Source of the DNA: the human T2T-CHM13v2.0 reference genome, Homo sapiens
Reading direction: 5' to 3' (one strand)
Assembly: GCF_009914755.1 (NCBI RefSeq)
Contig: NC_060927.1
Length of the DNA stretch: 64,000 bases
Part shown: positions 17,601 to 29,981 of the stretch, one piece after another
Layout of the letters: each line of letters begins with the position of its first letter
How positions within the stretch are numbered: the stretch's first letter is position 1
Position numbers and translations under genes: made by a program
The notes under the pieces: generated by a model
Databases searched by the model: none
Seen by the model: the letters and a program-made list of their open reading frames with translations, nothing else
What the model was told of the DNA's origin: nothing

Positions 17601-18257
17601 TGGGTAATTTTCTGTTGGTTTGCTTTGATTTGGTTTGGTTTGGTTGTTGCTGTTGTTTTCAACTTCATGCAGTGATGGATAGGCTATAAGGGCATGCAGT
17701 CATTTATCCAACAGAGAGGAGACAACATGTGTATGTGCACACAAACACACGCACACAAACTTCCTCTGAGAATACCATATACCCTCATTTAGATCAATGT
17801 GCTTTGAGCAAATGGGAAACTGAAGTTCAGAGTTCCATAACTTGTCTCTGAAAACTTCTAATATTAATTACCATTTACCTAATGGATCTGTATCCACAGT
17901 TGTAAATGGATATAGAAATGTCTTGCCTGCCTATTTTGTCATCCATACATGGATGCCTGCTATATGCCAGGTACTTTCCTACAATATACCCAATTCTCAC
18001 AACAACACTATGAGGTAGATATAATTCTCCCACCATCATGGCGGCTGAGACTCAATGGGTTAATAAATTTCCAAAGAGGATTCAAGTCCCACTTCCAATT
18101 GCTCATGAGGGAAATGTTTTTAAAAACCAACAAACGCAAACAGTGTAGCAGAAGATATTCAAGGATAAAATAGAAACCAAAATAAGCTTGTTAAAGGGGA
18201 AAAAATAGGAGATGGATATTGTACAGCACCTTAAAGTGAAAAGAAAAAAAGCCCTTC

Positions 18258-18835
18258 TTCCAGTTACTATTGCCACAAAACAAAACAAACCAAAGGTAGT
18301 GGCATAAAACACTGACCATTTTATTACACTGACAGCTTTTGTGGGTGAGAAATTCAGAAAGAGCACAGGAGAGATGGCTTGTCTCTGCTCCATCATGTCT
18401 GATGCCTCAGCTAGGAAGATATGAAGGTTGGCGGTAACTCAACAGCTGGGGTCTGGAACCACTCTCAGGCCTTTCACTCATGTCTTATGTTGATGTTGAC
18501 TGCTAGCTGGGACCCCAGCTGGGGCTGTCAACAAAAGCACCTATACGTGCCTCTCCACGTGGCCTGTGCTTCCTCACAGCGTGGCGGCCTCAGAAAGCTT
18601 CAACATTTCACGTGGCAGGTCTGGGCCTAAAATGCCAGTGTTCCAGTGGACAAGACAGAAGCTGCAATGTCTCTTTTGGCTTAGCCTGAGAAATCATACA
18701 GTGCCACTTCTGATACATTCTATTGGTTACAAGCAAGTTACAAGCCTACTCTGGCTCAAGGGTAAAGGACATAGAACCTGTCCTTAATGAGGGGACTGTC
18801 AAAGAATTTGCAGCCATTTAAAATAAAACCCCACA
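18258..18835 (-). mobile_element. MaLR LTR (MLT1F/G/H-like)
   Basis: 'ccagttactattgccaca...cagctggggctgtcaac...gtcaaagaatttgcagccattt'. Confidence 0.75.
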
Positions 18836-19371
18836 ATGAATGGACACAGAAATTGTTGTATATATAAACAATGGAATATTATTTGGCCTTAAAAAAATAA
18901 GGAAATCTTGTCATTTGCCACAATATAGATGAACCTGGAGGACATTATGCTAAGTGAAATGGGCCACACACAGAAAGACAAATACCATATGATCTTACTA
19001 ACATGTTGATTGTTTAAAAAAAAAAAAAAGCGAAACTCACAGAAACAGAGTGAAATGGTGATTACCAGAGGCTAGGGGTGGGGGAATTGGGGATATGTTT
19101 GTCAAAGGATATAAAATTTCCGTTAAAGGGGAGGAATACATGTAAAAGTTCTATCATACATCATGGTGACCACAGTTAATAAAAATATATGGTAGACTTG
19201 AAAATTCCTAAGAGGGTAGACTGTAAATGTTCTTATCACAAAAAAATAAGTATGTAAGGTAATGTAAGTGTTAAGTAGCTTGATTTAGCCATCCTACAAT
19301 GTATACATATAACAATACATCAGGTTGAACACTGTAAAAATATATCATTTTTCCTTGTCAATTATAAAAAT
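18836..19371 (+). mobile_element. 5'-truncated L1MA-type 3' end
   Basis: L1 3' UTR sequence with perfect 15-bp TSD 'aaataaaaccccaca' (18821-18835 / 19372-19386). Confidence 0.9.
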
Positions 19372-20684
19372 AAATAAAACCCCACAGGTTTCTATTCATA
19401 TTTCTAGGATATGAGATAGATATGAAAAGAAAAGTGACTGGGGTGGGATATTGACAGCTTCAAGTTTACTGAAGCCCAGTGGCTGGTGGCAGGGGCATAG
19501 TAATATGTAAGAGACCCACAAAGTTATATAATTTACACTAAAAAAAAGCGTTGATTTGGGAAAATCAGAGTACAATAAATTCTCCATTACTGATTCCAAA
19601 TCAGGGATCACTCACCAAGGCTGAGTTAAAATTTCTTCATGTGCTATCTATAAAGAAAGTCTTCCTCAGCAATTTAATCATGTAAACAAGATGCAGGGTC
19701 AGGGAGGGTTTGTCTATAACCTACTTAGGAAAAACTGTTCTTAAGAACTTTAGCACTTTAATCACTTTAATTGTTTGCATGCCAATTAATTGGCACTGCT
19801 AATTATAAATGAGTTATCTGTTCATTAAAGCGGGCTTAGATGAATGTCAGCTTAAAAGCACTTAGCAGTTAGTGTGGATTGCTGTTATCTGCAAATAAAA
19901 ACTGCATTCCTTTAAAAATGTCTGCATTATAAGTAAAAAAAGAAGTCTATAATTTATTTTTCATTAATTCTGATTCATTCTACTAGGTTATTATAATAAG
20001 ATTTTAGTAAATAAAACGTGAACTACCAGTGGCAAGAAAGGCAAATGAAATGAAATAGTCAGCTAACTTTCTAACAGCCTTGAATAAAGGGTCAAAGACT
20101 CTCCATGCCCACCAGAATGCCTTCCAGCCTGGAACAGTTCTCTCTTTCCAAGATGTAGGATCACTGGGAAGCCACACAGAAATACCACTCTGTGGTCCAG
20201 AACTAAATGCCCTGGAAGGGACAGAGCTCATAGAAATAGGATTTCTCAAGACTTACACATATTTTATCCACAGCATCCTGAAAGGCTACACAGCAGACCT
20301 CACTGGTGTTTGAACTCCAGCCTCCTGGCATTCATTCATGTTAGTCATTGGAATTCAGCCTGTTCTCTCCAATGGAGGGAGAAAAACCTGATTTCATGTC
20401 TTTGTATCTCTCAGACATTGTCAGGAATGAGAGTAGGGAGTTGGGCTTCCCTTGGCCACACAGCTGGGGTCAGCAGTGGGCAGGCTTATGCAAACCCAGC
20501 TTAATTCTTCATGTTGCTGTGCCTCCATAAACGTATGTCAGACAAATGAATGACAGACCAGTAGGAAGGTTATTGTAACAATTCAGGTGGCTTGGACCAG
20601 GGTGGCAGCAGTGGAAGTGGTAAGAAGTTGTCAGATACTGGACATATTTTTTAAGTAACAGCATTAGGGTTTGCTGATGCATGG

Positions 20685-21390
20685 TGTACCAGATTGAATA
20701 GTGTCCCCCCAAAATGCATGTCCTTCTTGGAATCATAGAATGTGACCTTATTTGGGCCAGGCATGGTGGCTCACACCTGTAATCCCAGCACTTTGGGAGG
20801 CTGAGGCAGGCAGGTCACCTGAGGTCAAGAGTTAGAGACAAGCCTGGCCAACATGGCGAAACCCTGTATCTACTAAAAATACAAAAATCATCCAGGCATG
20901 GTGGCCCATGCCTGTAATCCCACTATTCAGGTGGCTGTGGCAGGAGTATCAGGAGAATTGCTTGAACCCAGGAGGTGGAGGTTGCAGTAAGCTGAGATCA
21001 TGCCACTGCACTCCAGCCTGGGTGACAGAGCACGAGACTCCATCTAAAAAAAAAAGAATGCAACCTGACTCGGAAATAGTGTCATTAGAGATATAGTTAG
21101 TTAATATAAGGTCATACTATTCAAATAAGATTGGCGTATTTATAAGAATAGGAGAAGAGACACAGAGACAGACACACAGAGAGGAAAATACCATGTGAAG
21201 ATATAGACCTACAGAGGGAAGATGCCTACATGACAATGGAGGAAGAGATTGGAGTGATGCAGCTGCAAGCCACCAAACACCAAGGATTGCCAGCAACCAC
21301 CAGAAGCTAGAAGAGAGGCATGGAGCAGATTCTCCCTCTGTGCCCCCAAGGAGGAACTCACCCTGCCAACACCTTGATTTTCAATTTCCG
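20685..21390 (+). mobile_element. MaLR LTR (MLT1C-like) with Alu insertion
   Basis: 'tgtaccagattgaatagtgtcccccc...cagaagctagaagagaggcatggagcagattctccc...caacaccttgattt'. Confidence 0.8.
20755..21055 (+). mobile_element. Alu (AluS-like)
   Basis: Full dimer with A-tail. Confidence 0.96.
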
Positions 21391-21887
21391 TCTACCCCAA
21401 CACCCTGTCAGATTCTTTCATTGTATGTCCTCATGTAACCACGTTCCTATACTTTGTCAACTCATTTCAGCTATAATTGCAATCACTCACATTACTATTT
21501 TACAATTGCTACCTCCTCACCACATTATAAGATCAAGAAGAGCAGGAGTCATGTCACTTTGGTTGCCTATTTATCACCAGAACTGAGAAGAGTACCTGGC
21601 ACAGAGTAAGTGGAAAATGAATGAGTGAGTGAATGAGTGAAGTTTACTCTTTTCATAATTATGGCATTAATAGAAATGAGAAGAATGAAAGACATCCCAG
21701 TAGTCTGAGACAAAAGCAAAACTATGGGGGAAATGTTTGGAGCTGTGTTTGTAAACTAAGGATAAAAGTTTGAAGAATGAAGAGGAACGAATAAAAATCT
21801 AGAGAAGACAAAGGAAGCTGAGTGGTGGTGGGAAGTCCTAGGAGTGGTGTCTGGAATCCCTGGAGTGATTAGCCTTTGAAAGAAGTA

Positions 21888-22408
21888 GTCTTGTTCTGAT
21901 TCACTATTGCCGTAGCAAATTACCTCAAAATTAAGTGACCTAAAAGAACCATTTTTATTTTGTTTTTATGTGGCATTGTGGATGAAAACTACAGGAAGAG
22001 CTTAGCTGGGCTATTAATATCCGATCCACATATTTTCAGCTATGAAAGCCAGAGTCACAGGATCCTCTCCCAAGATCATTTCTTCACTCACCTACCTGGT
22101 ACCTCTGTGCTCCTTGGCCCTTGTTTCTACATACAGCTTCATCCTCTAGGTTCTCTGCATATGGTTTGAGTTTCTTACAGCACAATGATCTTCAGAAAAA
22201 TTGGTGAATTTTTTGAATGGTGACTCAGGGCTCCAAAAGACCAAGGCAGGAGATGTCAGTCTTCTTAAACTCCAGGCCTAGAACTGGCATAGTCTCTTAT
22301 GTCCATACTCAGTTGGTAAAGGCTCTCACAAACTATCCCAGATTGAAGAGTAAAGAAAATGGACCTCACCTCCATTAAAGAATTTTCAGCCATTTTAAAT
22401 CCACCACA
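21888..22408 (-). mobile_element. MaLR LTR (MLT1G/H-like)
   Basis: Similar to 18258-18835; ends 'cagccattttaaatccaccaca'. Confidence 0.65.
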
Positions 22409-23269
22409 AGTCCATCATGAGGCTAGACAAAGTGATATGATGTTTCAAGTACATAAGGAAAATAGTGAAGAAGGTCTTACCTGGTAACCTTTTTTTCTAT
22501 TTAACAACAGTTCAAAACTCTTTTTTTTACTTATAAAAAAGTTAGAGAAGTATAAGTGGTAACATTCTAAGCAGTCTCACTTTTATCCACCAATAAAAAG
22601 TCAAGCTGTGATGTAAACTAAGTCTTTGGAAGTTTGATGTCTTCTCCATCTTAAAGGTTTGCTTTGAATATTATAACCCAAATGCAAATGATTCTCTTTA
22701 CATAAACCAGAGTGAGTCTCTTTTTTACTTCTCTGTTGTAACTTCTTCCCTATGCTACCTAAATGTGGACACCCATGTTTAGCCCTCTACCCTCTTTTCT
22801 GAGTTCTCTATCCTCTTCCTAGATGGATGGTCTGATTCCTCTTCATCTTCCACAGTCATTGCCCTCCTGGGATCCAGTTCAGCTGCCTGGAATTACCACC
22901 TAAATGCTGCCTGCAAATGTTTGAAACCTTCATCACCTGCCCACCCAGTCCATCCAGGCTTTTGACTTCCAAACTTCTCACGCTCATTTTCTTTGTCACC
23001 CTGACTGAAAATTGTAGGTGCTGTGGTTGGGGTGGGATTGTACTCCCTCTGCCCCTTCTGACTACATTCCTTTAGCAAATTAATTACCAGGTCATATTGG
23101 TTGTTAATTTGTAGAATCTCCTGCAACTGTGCTACCCTCTCCTATTTCCACTGCCCCTGTTCTGGTGGACCCCTCATCACCATGTGCCTGGTACATGTAA
23201 CTAAATTTGTTAAGGCCTCCCTACGTTCTATAACCCCCTTTCACACTTCTGCCAGGTTAACACTTCTTC

Positions 23270-25500
23270 CAGTTTAGAAATTACATATTACATTCCTACT
23301 ATTTTAGTATTACCCATAAATTAGAGTATAATTATTTAACAAAGTTAATCAGTTATCTACTCTCCTCCTGAATAATAAAAGGACCTTAAATGCCTTGAAC
23401 TTTCAGTCACCTCACTGTTTTCTTACATGTTATTTTGGCCTAGTAATCTAGTTCTATAATACCTTTATATTCCCTTTGTCAATATTATTATTATTTCTTC
23501 ATTCAGTCAGTGAATATTTGTATCTAACCACATGTTTAATGATTTTTTGGGTTGAAACTAAACCCCAGAACCCCTTCTTGGATTCAGTTTCATTCTTCAT
23601 GAAGTACATCTTTTTTATACCAATGGCTCTCAAACTTGACATCACATTAGAATCACCCTGGGATGTTTTTAAAACCCCAATTTATGCCTCAGAACAATTA
23701 AATATATATCTCTGAGACTAGCAATATATGGCAAACATCTACTGGTGATTCCAGTGTACAGTCAGGGTAGAGTACCTATATTTTAGAAAATCTTCCACCA
23801 AAGATCTCTTAGCAAGAAATTCTGTTTTTGTCTGAAAGTGTTTATTACAACATTCACCTTTATCACAGAATTTTAATGTAGCTAAATATAAAATTCCATG
23901 TTGACAATTATTTTCTTTTAGCACAATAAAGATGTTATTCCACTGTCTTCCGGTTTTTATTTTCCCTGTAGTGAAGTATGCTGTCAGTCTAATTTCCTTC
24001 TTCTGTGATCTTCTATTTGCTTTCTATTTGCTTTTACAATTTTCTCCTTGTACTATATTTATGTGTGTACTATACATAAGTTTCATTAAGGTGTGTCTGA
24101 TGTAAATTTTATCTTACTCAAAAATAAAATGTTTGGAATTCATATTTCCTGAACCTGAGATTTTGCCTCTTAACATTTTGGAAAATTCTCAAGGCATTAT
24201 CTCTTTTAATATTACTTTTCTCCCATTATGTCTATTATGTCCTCACAAAAATTCTATTTTATTTATCTTACACCTTTTCATTCTACTTTTTATGACTCTA
24301 ATATTCTTTCATATTTTCATTCTTTGTATCTCTCTTTAAGACCTCTCAATTAATTTGTTTAGTCTTCATCTTTACCTAATCTGCTATGTAATATATAATT
24401 TGAATTTTTTTATTTTCAACTATTTTATGTTTTAACCTCTATGAGAAGAAAACAGAGTTTCTATTTTATTCTTTTCCAAAACTGGCTGATAATTTTATAG
24501 GCTATATTTCATTATCATGTTTTTCAATCCTTCTTTTGCATCTCTAATCACTTTAAACATACTTCATTTAGAGGATGTATCCAATGATTCTGTTATCTGA
24601 AGCTTTAGGGACTTAATTCTTTTGTTGTTTCTGCTAACTCTCAACTGTGGGGAATTAGTTCTTTGAGAATGTTGTAATTTTGAATAGCGATCTTGAGTCT
24701 GGCAGTGCTTTAGCTGCAGGAATACTGTGTGATAAGGATTTAAAGCATGTCCTTCCACAGAGGTGACCCCTAGGTTTTACTAGTCTGGTACCAATTCCAC
24801 ATTAATTTCTTTAGTTGGATTTCCCAGATCACACAAGTAAGTATAACAGGAAGGTGCTTATGAATTCTCATTAGACACCAAGTACCCTTATGGGTTTTTG
24901 TTTTGGTTTGGTTTGGTTTGGTTTTTTTACCAGTAGGTTGATGTTTTTAGACACCATTTCACTGAGGATACAGCCCATTGAGAGCTTTATGGTCAGGAGA
25001 GGATCTCAGTTCTAACATCCTGTTGCAGGAATGCCCAAAATCTCAACTCCTATTCCTTGCGGTTCTTCAACTGAAGTCACCCGCTTAACTAAGACTGGAA
25101 ACCCTCTCAGGTCTGCAGCAGTGACTGCCTCCTTACTACTCTAGTTTTCAGCTTCCTCTTCATATTTGGATCCCTTGGTCTTTCCTTTCCTAAATTCCTG
25201 GAAACTCTGCTATATATTTAAAATGATGTTTAAAATGGGTAACTATGTGAGATCATGGACATATTAACTTGTTCCACTATAGTAACTGCTTTCCTATACG
25301 TATGTATCTAATAACATCATTTTTAATACCTTAAATATACACAATAAAATTTATTTTTAAATATAAATAATCAAATATTGTTCATTTCATTTCCTTCAGC
25401 ATTCTAGGTTTTTATTTTGTTGTTATTTTTGTTATGTCAGAAGAGGCCTTTCAGGGTAATTGTGTTAACTTGCCATGAATAGAAATCTTCATGGCTATTC
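23270..25500 (-). mobile_element. Old L1 (L1M-type) ORF1/5' region, antisense, with MER5-like insert (~23620-23770) and short L1MA 3' terminus (~25230-25350)
   Basis: Minus ORF 23739-23924 'MLKENNCQHGILYLATL' resembles L1 ORF1 C-terminus (LKE.NCQP.ILYPAKL). Confidence 0.65.
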
Positions 25501-25643
25501 CTTCTAACATCTCGGAAGAATGGATTTTAATTTGCACTGTGGCTCACATTTTTGCATAAGTAAATTTTTTATTAGTTGACATTTGTTAAATAAATAAGGA
25601 CTTTTTTATTAACAAGGAATTTTCTTTTTCAAAGTAGTTACAA

Positions 25644-25719
25644 GGAAGGAAGAGGAGGAAGAGGGGGAGGGGGAGGGGGAGGGAGGGAGGGAGACAGGGA
25701 GGGAGGGAGGAAGGGAAAA
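25644..25719 (+). repeat. Polypurine (GGA/GGGA/GGGGGA) low-complexity tract
   Basis: Directly visible; many G3+ runs. Confidence 0.9.
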
Positions 25720-28700
25720 ATTTTAGGTTGGACACCAACAAATTGTTTTCAAACTATATTAAATACTGACATGGCTTTGTTTGACAAGAAAATTGTGAAC
25801 TTTCCCCTTACACTTTATTCTTTAAGAATCAAATAAACCACTCATTGAGCCAATGCTGGTAAAGTCACTCTCTGAGTTAAGGCAACCAAGGAAATGATCT
25901 TTGGGCACATGTTCTATTCCAGTATTGAAGATCATAAAACTGGGGAGGGATTTGTATGTTTTGTTAATAACCCACCATTAATAGCTCTGAGGAAACTTAA
26001 CTTTATATAAGTCTGGGTAGACTTAATTGGCCTTCCATTTCATAATTCATTTAGTGAAACATCAGAGGTATGGACAGAATTTAACAAGGGAAAAATAGAC
26101 ATGGGGAATAAAATGAGGTTTTGCAATAAAAAGCTGTGGATTTCAGTTATTCAAATTATTTCTAACACAAATAAGCTTGGCTCATTGAAAGAAAAGAAAA
26201 TATCTCCAGCTAGTCAAAGCTTTCTTTGGATTATTAATAGCTCCCACATTTCCCTTCCATCCTCCTGTACCTCACTATTGCCATCTCCTCCATATGTGTA
26301 CTATCGCAGTCTCAACTCCAAATTCTATAGGGTCTTCCCCGATTTTCCCTTCTGATACGCAAAAAAAAAAAAGCCAGTTCCACCAACTGAATTAACAGCC
26401 AAGATAAATGGCTACAGGAGCTGTGGAATTTTACTTTACGGAACTCACACAGAACATGGTACAATTAATTACCTATTGCTGTTTGTGTCTTGTCCTTCCA
26501 ACCAAACTGTCAGCTCTGTAAGAGAGGGAGACAAGCTCTCATGCCTTTCAGGCCCCCATGGTTGGCTCAGGGTTTGGTGCAGGCTCAAAACCAGGTGAAT
26601 ACTTGATGATAATGATTGTCCTGGTCAGAATTATCACTATCATCACAACTTCTGCTATCAATTGAGCATATGCTTTTTTGATTCTGAATGCTTTTCAGAT
26701 TCAGTTGTAAGTTTTCAAAATAATCATAGGAGTTATTATTATTGTTGTGATTATCATCCTTCTTTTTATACACGAGAAAACTGAGTCTCAGAAAGAATAA
26801 GCAATTTGACCAAGGTCACACAGACCATAAATAGTGGCCTTTATGACATCTTTCTGCTATATTCTCACCAGATAAATTTTTTAACCATTCCTATAAAGGA
26901 GACCATTAGAAAAATTTGCTCTTCCTCAGAGTGAATGCAGCTCCATGAGCACACAGCTAGATCGGGGGCACTGGTAAATGTCAGCCTCCACTTGTCTCCT
27001 CAGTGGGGAGGCTTTGTGAAGTGTACAACTTGCACAATTATGTGTTCAAACCCACAGATCTCTGATGCCAAGCCCCACAGTCTTTCTAGCCTCTGTGTCT
27101 GGCCAGTGATGATGATTCATGATCCTTCATTGTTTGTTCCTAAAATAGTAGGGATTTTTCTTGTTTCCTCTCAGTCATACTCAAGCAATTTGAATTTTTC
27201 TTTGCAGATAGTTTGAATTACCTGAGCTTTGAATAATGATGCCTGACTCTACTCATTCGTCATTGTCCACCACTAAAGAAGACCTACAATGGTCTCTTTC
27301 CTTGACTTCAAGAGCCATTTTGGTGATGGGAATGGATAAGGAGGGTATGGATAGGGTAACACCAGCCTTCACTTCCGTAGTGATCAGTTTCACACCATTG
27401 TTACAACAAAGCAAACCAAGCCTACCATCCCTGTGGTACAAGCAGTGGTAACGTGACTACACAGCCCCACCCCTAAGCAAGTGCTTGCTATCAGAAACCC
27501 TGACAAATCACAAGGCATAAGCAGCAAAAACAAAGCACTGGGGCAATAATTTATTTTTAATGCCATGCTGTCTTTAACAGTGCAATTTCCTCCAGGGTGT
27601 TTGCTTTGAGATTGCAAGATAATTACATCTCAGAAACCAGGCTAATTACAGTTAACAGCCTGAAAACCAAAGGAACCCTTCCCTCTACCCCCCACCTATT
27701 TTTTCCACTAGAATACTACACAAACTTCAGTTAAAATGTGCAGCATCATTTAGGAAACCAATTTGACTACAACTTAGAGGTTCATTCTTCCCTTCTTGAA
27801 GCACATGTATAACTTGCAGTGATGTGTATCTGAGGGACAGAATAACACAGCCTCAGCAATTAAAATAAATAATGGTGCTACAGAAAGGAAACAATGACAG
27901 CAATTCTCCAATAGAGATGAAAGTCTGAATGTTTCTGGAGGAAAATCAGAGTGTGAATGTGGATTTGTGCTGCAAAGATGAGATTACCTGTGCCCTCCAG
28001 ACACACTTTAGACGTCCCTTGGAGTAAATAATGAACCAGTTTGGGTCATTTGTGGAATTCAGGAGCTGGAAGGGATGTAGGAAATCATCTGGTCATTTTA
28101 ATTATTCCTAAACATCCAAAATGCAAAGCAATGTGTACTGGTCATAAAAATCCTCAAGAACAATTCCATGACCTGATCATTCACTCAGAAAACATTTCTT
28201 ATCATCTCACAGGCACCATACACTAGGCTATGGATATGCAGATGAATTTCCCAATTTTTTATCCTCCTTCCATCAGAAAGTTCTTCCAATCCGAAATTTA
28301 TCTTGATGCATCTCTCACACCTACCCTCTACTATTTTAGCTGAGATAAAGTCTTTCGCAAATAGATAGAGCGATCCCACCCTCTCCTTTGGATGGCATAA
28401 CTTCTACTCCAAGTACTTCCCAACTTTTTAATAATTTGCATATTATTTCCTGATTTGTCTCCAGTTTCTATAAGTTTTCAAATGTGGAAGCCAAACATCA
28501 CAGCTAGCTCTGGCTCAATTTGGTATCTCACAGGAGCTAGTGCCCATATTTCCTTTTGTCCATTTGTGAGGAATAGGGGACTGGATTGGGGAAGAGAAAA
28601 GAAAATTCAATATTCTGAACTTTCACCTGAAATTCATTTCTGTTCCTATAGTGCCTCCAGAACTCATCTACCAGATACCATAGTATGAAACTTAACATAG

Positions 28701-29981
28701 CTAAAGCCAAGCTTCTCTGTCAGGCTTCTGCAGAATGCCAATGGCTTTCCTCTCCATCCAGATCTCACTCAGAAAAGCAACACACTGACCCTTCCATCAG
28801 CCTTCTTGCTAGAGGCTCTTGGTTGCTAATAATGTAAAATCTGCATGCAAATGGTATTTCACATAGTAACAATTCCCTAGCAACACTGCCTCTTTTCATT
28901 CATTTTTTTAACAAATGCATATTGAGTGCTCGCCATAGAGGAGGGGACTCCACCATCTTTGTTCCTGTTCAGCTCTTATTAGCCCTCCTGTAAAGGAGGA
29001 GGAATTGTTGATCTAGTCTTGGTTGATCAGGACATTCAGTGGGGCCACTTTTTTCCAGTGGGCAGGGTCACCTCGCTCTAAAAGTCAGCACCCAGGTGCA
29101 GTGCTCCCTTTCCTGTCTGCCTCAGACCCAGGTAGGTCCTGGTGCTACAGGGACATCAGCCATCCTTATTAGCCTCCCTTTTCTACTCTTCTAGTCTGAG
29201 GGCTGGCTAGGAAATGTTCCCAGATCCCTTGATGGGTTGAGCCACTTTCTCTGCTCTTTGTTTCTTCACAGGCATGCCCGAGCATTATGGTCCTAAGATT
29301 CAGGTTAGTGGGTACTGAGGAGGTGAGGGCCCCACTTTATACTCAAACCTAAGCCATGTATTCTACCCAGTTTTATCAAAGTCCTAAACAGAAATTAGTT
29401 GCTTGCTTTTATAGTACTTTAAATTCCTATTTTGTTACTATCATTATAAATTTAGCTTCCTTAGGAAGATCTTGAGGAGGTAGGGAAGATGGGAATGACA
29501 TGAATTGAGTATCCAGGCCATTTAATCATCGCATTAACGAAAATCTCATCTCCAGTCCCTAAAATTTACTATGTATCATGCCTGGTGCTAAGCACCAAGG
29601 AGACAAAGTCATACAAAGCACACCCATTCCTTCCAGGGGATTACGATCTAGTGGAACAATTTACCTGCCTTGGAAATGAACTTTCCATTGTCATTATCTA
29701 AAAGAACTTTTATCCTTTACAAGAGAACATTCAGAATAAATTTTACCTGAGGTTTGAAAGAGATTTCACGACAGAAATGTGAAAATTTGCAACAGTGAGG
29801 TCATGGCAACTATGTTACATGTTGTTAGGATTCTTTTGTTTTTTGGCTTTGCCTCAGAAATACTTTACTAACTTGTAACAGGGGAGAAGTTAAGTGGGCA
29901 ACGAAAAGATGTAATGCAACTACAAGCTCAAAATGTCCAGGCACAGTTCCAGAGAAGTGGAAACTATGAGCTAGGGACTGA

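Noticed and set aside
28910-29340. GC-richer segment possibly from an ancient LTR
   Set aside because: Could not identify termini, TSD or family by eye
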